Assembly: GCA_903918885.1 (NCBI GenBank)
Contig: CAIXFY010000004.1
Span: 1,166-65,165, forward strand
DNA from: an uncultured Verrucomicrobia subdivision 3 bacterium
GTDB lineage: Bacteria > Verrucomicrobiota > Verrucomicrobiia > Limisphaerales > UBA11358
Length of the DNA: 64,000 bases
Direction of reading: 5' to 3'
Positions within the stretch are counted from its first letter, which is position 1. The number at the start of each line of letters is the position of its first letter. Both the position numbers and the translations under genes were made by a program. Positions 58,787 to 64,000 of this stretch are shown here, piece after piece. The notes under the pieces are model-generated. The model saw nothing but the letters and a program-made list of their open reading frames with translations, was not told the DNA's origin and made no database searches.

Positions 58787-58861
58787 TGGAGCCAGTTGTC
58801 GGACTTGAACCGACGACCGACGGTTTACAAAACCGTTGCTCTACCACTGAGCTAAACTGGC
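58787..58861 (-). tRNA. tRNA-Thr (anticodon UGU) with encoded CCA
   Basis: The minus strand reads GCCAGTT TA GCTC AGTGGTA GAGC A ACGGT TTTGTAA ACCGT CGGTC GTCGG TTCAAGT CCGAC AACTGGC T CCA. All four stems pair, and the anticodon loop carries TGT. Confidence 0.92.
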
Positions 58862-59000
58862 TTCCGAAGAAAAGAATATAACGCCGCCAAAGTAATTTCC
58901 TTTGGCATCCGCCGAAAGCAAAATCTTCTATGCGCGACAATTTCTTTTCCCTGCGCACCGGTTGGCTATAGAATCCTCGCAACGAAAAGAGAGAAATGAC

Positions 59001-60641
59001 ATGGCCATATCACCACTTGCCAGCAAACCCGCACCGAAAAATCTACTCGTGGATCTCGCACGGTTGGAACGCGATTATTATGAGCGCCAACCCGACTTAG
59101 CCGATGCGAACCAGTTGGTCAGCTTCGGGACGAGCGGGCATCGTGGCACATCGTTGAACGGCACGTTCACCGAAGTGCACATTCTTGCGATTACGCAGGC
59201 TATTTGTGATTACCGGCAAGCTCATGGTCCGGATGGTCCGCTCATCATCGGCAAGGACACACACGCGCTGTCCGCGCCCGCGCAGCGCACTGCGCTCGAA
59301 GTGCTCGCGGCGAATGGGATTGAAACTTTCATTCAACGCGACGACGGCGTGACGGCGACGCCGGTGGTCTCGCATGCAATTCTTACTTTCAATCGCGGCC
59401 ACAAAACTGGTTTAGCCGATGGCATTATCATCACGCCGTCGCACAATCCGCCGGAAGATGGCGGCTTCAAATACAATCCACCGAACGGCGGTCCGGCGGA
59501 CACGGATGTGACCAAGTGGGTGCAAAACCGCGCGAACGAACTGTTGCGCGGAAATAATTCCGGCGTGAAGAGAATTTCCTTCGAGTCCGCGCTCAAGGCC
59601 GCGACCACGCACGCGAAAGATTTTATTCTGCCTTACGTTGAGGATTTAAAAAACGTCGTGGACATGGAGGCAATCCGCGCGGCCAATTTGAAACTTGGCG
59701 TGGATCCGCTCGGTGGCGCGTCGCTGCCGTTGTGGGAACCGATCAATTCAATTTACAAATTGAACATCGAGGTAGTGAATCCAAAGCTCGATCCGCAGTT
59801 CGCGTTCATGACGGTGGATCACGACGGAAAAATTCGCATGGATTGTTCGAGTCCTTTTGCGATGGCCGGCCTTGTCGGGCTGAAGGACAAATACCGCGTC
59901 GCGTTCGCCAACGACCCGGACGCCGACCGGCACGGCATCGTCACGCCGTCGGCGGGCCTGATGAATCCGAATCATTATCTGGCCGTGGCCATTGGTTATT
60001 TGCTGACGCATCGGCCGCAATGGTCGCCGAATGTCATCGTCGGCAAGACGCTCGTCAGCAGCGGCATGATTGACCGCGTGGTCGCGAAGCTGGGCCGCAA
60101 GCTCTGTGAAACGCCGGTCGGTTTCAAATGGTTCGCGCCGGGATTGTTCGACGGCTCGTTTGCTTTCGGCGGCGAGGAGAGCGCGGGCGCAAGTTTCCTG
60201 CGGCGCGATGGCACGGTGTGGACAACCGACAAGGACGGCCCGATTATGAACTTGCTCGCGGCGGAAATCACTGCTGTCACCGGCAAAGATCCGGGCGAAC
60301 ATTTCCGCGCATTGACGACGGAATTCGGCACGCCATTTTACACGCGCATTGACGCGGCGGCGACACCGGAGCAAAAGACAAAGCTCTCCAAGCTTTCGCC
60401 AGAAGCGGTGAAGGAATCGAAGCTCGCCGGCGAAGCCATCACCGCGAAGCTGACGAAAGCGCCGGGCAACCACGCGTCCATCGGTGGCCTGAAAGTCACG
60501 ACGGCGAACGGTTGGTTCGCCGCGCGGCCGTCCGGCACGGAAAATATTTACAAGATTTACGCGGAAAGTTTCCGCGACGAGGCGCACCTCAAAACCATCG
60601 TCAGCGAAGCGCAGCAGATCGTCACCAACTCGCTGGCCTGA
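59001..60641 (+). CDS. pgm: Phosphoglucomutase (alpha-D-glucose-phosphate specific)
   Basis: 546 aa with active site [24 protein letters not shown] and GGEESAG motifs. ATG at 59001. Confidence 0.93.
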   Translation: MAISPLASKPAPKNLLVDLARLERDYYERQPDLADANQLVSFGTSGHRGTSLNGTFTEVHILAITQAICDYRQAHGPDGPLIIGKDTHALSAPAQRTALEVLAANGIETFIQRDDGVTATPVVSHAILTFNRGHKTGLADGIIITPSHNPPEDGGFKYNPPNGGPADTDVTKWVQNRANELLRGNNSGVKRISFESALKAATTHAKDFILPYVEDLKNVVDMEAIRAANLKLGVDPLGGASLPLWEPINSIYKLNIEVVNPKLDPQFAFMTVDHDGKIRMDCSSPFAMAGLVGLKDKYRVAFANDPDADRHGIVTPSAGLMNPNHYLAVAIGYLLTHRPQWSPNVIVGKTLVSSGMIDRVVAKLGRKLCETPVGFKWFAPGLFDGSFAFGGEESAGASFLRRDGTVWTTDKDGPIMNLLAAEITAVTGKDPGEHFRALTTEFGTPFYTRIDAAATPEQKTKLSKLSPEAVKESKLAGEAITAKLTKAPGNHASIGGLKVTTANGWFAARPSGTENIYKIYAESFRDEAHLKTIVSEAQQIVTNSLA

Positions 60642-60659
60642 AATTTCAAAACCAAATCC

Positions 60660-62309
60660 ATGAGCAAAAAATCTGTCATCAAACCTTTGACGCAACGTCC
60701 GGCGTGGAAAGCGCTGGCCACTCACCAGAAGAAAATCGCCAAGCTGCATCTGCGCGAATTGTTCGCCGCCAACAAGCAGCGCGGTGAAAAGCTGACCGCC
60801 GAAGCCATCGGGCTTTTTCTCGATTACTCGAAGAACCGCATCACCGCCGAAACGCTCAAGCTGCTACTGCAACTGGCGAAGGAATCCAATTTGCGCGGAC
60901 GGATGGACGCGATGTTTGCCGGCGAGAAAATTAATTTCACGGAGAATCGTGCGGTGCTGCACACCGCGCTGCGCGCGCCGAAGAACGCGAAGGTTTTTGT
61001 GGATGGAAAAAATGTCGTGCCGGATGTCCACGCGGTTTTAGACAAGATGACGGAGTTCGCCAAGCGCGTCCGCAGCGGCGCGTGGAAAGGCCACACCGGC
61101 AAGCGCATCAAGAACATCGTCAACATCGGCATCGGCGGTTCCGACCTCGGTCCGGTGATGGCTTACGAGGCGCTGCGGCATTACAGCCAGCGCGATCTGG
61201 TGTTCCGCTTCGTGTCGAACGTGGACGGCGCGGATTTCGTCGAGGCGATGCAGGATTTGAACCCGGCGGAAACGCTGTTCGTCGTTTCGTCCAAAACTTT
61301 CACGACGCAGGAGACGATGACGAATGCGGAAAGCGCGCGCGACTGGCTGCTGCGCGGTCTCGGCGGAAATAAAAAAGCGGTGGCAAAACATTTTGTCGCC
61401 GTCTCGACGAACGCGGAAAAAGTTTCGGCGTTCGGCATTGATACGGCGAACATGTTTGGCTTTTGGGACTGGGTCGGCGGGCGTTATTCGATGGACTCGG
61501 CCATCGGGCTTTCGACGATGCTGGCGGTCGGGCCGGAAAATTTCCGCGCGCTGCTCGCCGGCTTTCACGAGATGGACGAGCATTTCCGCACCGCGCCATT
61601 TGAAAAGAATTTGCCGGTGTTGATGGCGCTGCTGTCGGTTTGGAACACGAATTTCCTCGGCGCGGAAACGGTGGCGGTGCTGCCTTACGAAAATTATTTG
61701 AAGCGCTTTCCGGCGTATTTGCAGCAGTTGACGATGGAGAGCAATGGCAAATCCGTCACGCTCGATGGCAAGAAGGTGAATTACGAGACCAGCCCGATTT
61801 ACTGGGGCGAGCCGGGCACGAACGGACAGCATTCGTTCTACCAGCTCATCCACCAAGGCACGCGGCTGATTCCGTGCGATTTCATCGCGTTTGGCAAGGC
61901 GCTCACGCCGTTGGGACGGCACCACGATTTGCTGCTGGCGAACGCGCTGGCGCAGAGCGAGGCGCTGGCGTTCGGCAAGACGGCGGCGGAAGTGAAGGCG
62001 GAAAAAGTCGCCGACGCGCTCGTGCCGCATAAAGTTTTTGAGGGCAACCGTCCGTCGAATACAATTCTCGCCGACCGGCTCACGCCGGCGGTGCTGGGCA
62101 AACTGGTCGCGCTTTACGAACACATTGTCTTCGTGCAGGGCGCGATCTGGAGTGTGAATCCGTTCGACCAATGGGGCGTGGAGCTGGGCAAGGCGCTGGC
62201 ACAACGCATCGTTCCGGAGCTGGAAAACACAACGCTGCCACCGCTCAAGCATGACAGTTCGACGAATAACTTAATTCGCCGCTACCGAAAAATGAAGTCG
62301 GCGCGGTGA
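60660..62309 (+). CDS. pgi: Glucose-6-phosphate isomerase
   Basis: 549 aa with [24 protein letters not shown] and MESNGK motifs. Confidence 0.95.
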   Translation: MSKKSVIKPLTQRPAWKALATHQKKIAKLHLRELFAANKQRGEKLTAEAIGLFLDYSKNRITAETLKLLLQLAKESNLRGRMDAMFAGEKINFTENRAVLHTALRAPKNAKVFVDGKNVVPDVHAVLDKMTEFAKRVRSGAWKGHTGKRIKNIVNIGIGGSDLGPVMAYEALRHYSQRDLVFRFVSNVDGADFVEAMQDLNPAETLFVVSSKTFTTQETMTNAESARDWLLRGLGGNKKAVAKHFVAVSTNAEKVSAFGIDTANMFGFWDWVGGRYSMDSAIGLSTMLAVGPENFRALLAGFHEMDEHFRTAPFEKNLPVLMALLSVWNTNFLGAETVAVLPYENYLKRFPAYLQQLTMESNGKSVTLDGKKVNYETSPIYWGEPGTNGQHSFYQLIHQGTRLIPCDFIAFGKALTPLGRHHDLLLANALAQSEALAFGKTAAEVKAEKVADALVPHKVFEGNRPSNTILADRLTPAVLGKLVALYEHIVFVQGAIWSVNPFDQWGVELGKALAQRIVPELENTTLPPLKHDSSTNNLIRRYRKMKSAR

Positions 62310-62324
62310 ATCAAGTCGGTGCGG

Positions 62325-62363
62325 GTCGGCGGAAATAGTCGCCGGAAATAGTCGCCGGAAATC
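62325..62363 (+). repeat. Three tandem 13-nt units (GTCGSCGGAAATM) ending 5 nt before the next start codon
   Basis: GTCGGCGGAAATA, GTCGCCGGAAATA and GTCGCCGGAAATC at 62325-62363. The ATG of the MBL gene is at 62369. Confidence 0.85.
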
Positions 62364-62368
62364 ATTTT

Positions 62369-63757
62369 ATGAAAATCACTCCGCTCGGCGCGGCTGGCGG
62401 TGAAGTCACCGGCTCGTGCTATCTCGTCCAAACCAAATCCGCCCGCGTGCTCGTGGACTGTGGTTTGTTTCAGGGCGACCAGCGTGTGGACGTTTTGAAC
62501 CGCGCGTCGTTATCGGTGAAGAATCTCGACGCGGTTTTGATCACGCACGGACACCTCGACCACACGGGGCGTTTGCCATTGCTGGCCAGGGCGAATTACT
62601 CCGGACCGGTTTTCGCGACGCCGGCGACGATTGAGATGTCCGCGCTGATTTTGCGCGATTCGGCGCACATCCAGACGCAGGACGTCGAGCGCGTGAACCG
62701 CAAGCGCGAGCGCGCGGCCGAGCCGCCGGTGGAACCGCTTTACACGGCGGCGCACACGGAGCAAATCATCGAGCGGTTCAAGGCGGTTCCGTATCAGGAA
62801 GCAGTGACGGTCGCGCCGGGCATTAAGGCGATCTGGCACGAGGCGGGTCACATGCTCGGCTCGGCGAGCATTCAGTTGATCGTGGATGATGAGGGAAAAA
62901 AGAAGCGTGTGGTTTTTTCCGGCGACCTCGGGCCGCGCAGCGCGCCGATTTTGAAATGCTACGAGCCGTTCAAACAGGCGGACATGGTGTTTCTGGAATC
63001 CACTTACGGCGACCGCGACCACCGGCCGTTCGGCGAAACGGTGGAGGAATTCAAGGCCATCGTGAAACAGGCGGTGAATGCCGGAGGGAAAATTCTGGTG
63101 CCGACTTTCGCGGTCGGACGCGCGCAGTTGCTGATGCTACTGTTGAGCCAGATGTTCCGCAAAAAGGAAGTGCGGCCGTTTCCCATTTTTCTCGACAGCC
63201 CAATGGCCATCGCGGCGACGAACATTTACGAGCATCACCATGAATTGTTCGACGACGAAATGCTGAAATACGTCGAACAAAAGCCGGTGACGGATGACTT
63301 GAAAACTTTGACGCTGTGCGCGACGGCGGAGGATTCCAAAAAAATCAACGATCAGCCGGGGCCGTGCCTCGTGATGGCCGGCGCGGGCATGTGCAACGCG
63401 GGGCGCATCCTGCATCACCTCAAGGCGAACCTTTGGAAGCCGGAGACGCACGTCGTCATCGTCGGCTATCAGGGCGAAGGCTCGCTGGGGCGGCAGTTGG
63501 TGGACGGGAAAAAGCTCGTGAGCATCTTTGGCGAAAAAATCGCGGTGAAGGCGCAGGTGCATACGCTGGGGGGCTTCAGCGCGCACGCGGGGCAGACGGA
63601 TTTGCTGGCGTGGTTTGATGTTATTGCGCCATGCAAACCGCGCGTGGTGCTGACGCATGGGGAAAACTCGCCGCGCCAGATTCTGGCGGAACAAATTCAG
63701 CAACGATTCGGTGGGAAGGTATTATTGCCTAATTTAAACGAAGTGATTTTGCTTTGA
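62369..63757 (+). CDS. MBL-fold beta-CASP hydrolase (RNA-metabolising metallo-beta-lactamase family)
   Basis: ITHGHLDHTGRLP (HxHxDH) followed by beta-CASP-type segments and a C-terminal GGFSAHAGQ and LTHGE. Confidence 0.85.
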   Translation: MKITPLGAAGGEVTGSCYLVQTKSARVLVDCGLFQGDQRVDVLNRASLSVKNLDAVLITHGHLDHTGRLPLLARANYSGPVFATPATIEMSALILRDSAHIQTQDVERVNRKRERAAEPPVEPLYTAAHTEQIIERFKAVPYQEAVTVAPGIKAIWHEAGHMLGSASIQLIVDDEGKKKRVVFSGDLGPRSAPILKCYEPFKQADMVFLESTYGDRDHRPFGETVEEFKAIVKQAVNAGGKILVPTFAVGRAQLLMLLLSQMFRKKEVRPFPIFLDSPMAIAATNIYEHHHELFDDEMLKYVEQKPVTDDLKTLTLCATAEDSKKINDQPGPCLVMAGAGMCNAGRILHHLKANLWKPETHVVIVGYQGEGSLGRQLVDGKKLVSIFGEKIAVKAQVHTLGGFSAHAGQTDLLAWFDVIAPCKPRVVLTHGENSPRQILAEQIQQRFGGKVLLPNLNEVILL

Positions 63758-64000
63758 GGTTGGCGAAATTGGCATTGTTGGCGATGGCTTGATATTTCTT
63801 GTTCTGAAACAGCCTGTTCGTGCCTCAAAAAAAGTCAGTGCGACCAATAACGAGACACAGCACCTCGGCGCGCGTCATGGCTTGATTTTTTCACGGCCAT
63901 TAAATATTTGAAATAATACATAAATAGTTGATTGATCACTACTGTCCGGTTAAGGTTTTGCTGACAGCGATTTTATTTCGGTAAAATCTGGCTATTCTCG

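Noticed and set aside
58728-58982. 84-aa ORF on the - strand
   Set aside because: It overlaps the tRNA-Thr gene. The tRNA cloverleaf explains the sequence.
59748-60749. 333-aa ORF on the - strand
   Set aside because: It is antisense to pgm and the start of pgi. The composition is that of a shadow ORF.
61038-62252. 404-aa ORF on the - strand
   Set aside because: It is antisense to pgi, which is unambiguous. The product is extremely Arg-rich and has no motifs.

Overview
This 64 kb window looks bacterial, with moderately high GC. The gene content hints weakly at a PVC or Verrucomicrobiota-like organism, and I cannot verify that here.

Roughly nt 900-48500 is one very large cell-envelope glycan biosynthesis region. 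By motif it contains:
- about 20 glycosyltransferases (GT2, GT4, GT9, GT26, GT61 and GT-C-like);
- a Wzx-type flippase and an O-antigen ligase/polymerase-family protein;
- four NAD-dependent sugar epimerase/dehydratases, including a UDP-xylose-synthase-like enzyme;
- five SAM methyltransferases and a sulfotransferase-GT2 fusion;
- an exosortase/EpsI/priming phosphoglycosyltransferase trio.

nadE and yajQ sit inside this region. It is flanked by housekeeping genes:
- a ptsI fragment at the left edge;
- folP-cdaA-cdaR-glmM;
- a TonB-dependent receptor behind a cobalamin riboswitch;
- mdh, tRNA-Thr(UGU), pgm, pgi and a beta-CASP MBL nuclease.

The most interesting part is a tightly coupled operon at nt 5838-14410. 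Its distal half (9462-14410) reads as a Dlt-like transmembrane acyl-relay. It encodes a carrier protein, an unannotated 41-aa DltX-like peptide ending in VVYQGF, an MBOAT and a DltD-like membrane-anchored SGNH protein. The loader is an FkbH-type HAD/GNAT enzyme rather than a DltA adenylase, and a VOC/glyoxalase-fold protein is translationally coupled at the end.

Other points worth a second look:
- a GT2-GtrA-FAD oxidoreductase-polytopic membrane protein module;
- a gene remnant marking a cassette insertion;
- a frameshift at an A7/T7 tract;
- a heptanucleotide repeat inside a CDS;
- a repeated AATCGTAAAT motif bracketing one GT4 gene.

I saw no CRISPR array, transposase, integrase or recognisable defence system. 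All calls rest on reading the translations and DNA by eye. No database or HMM search was run, and start codons were chosen by inspection.
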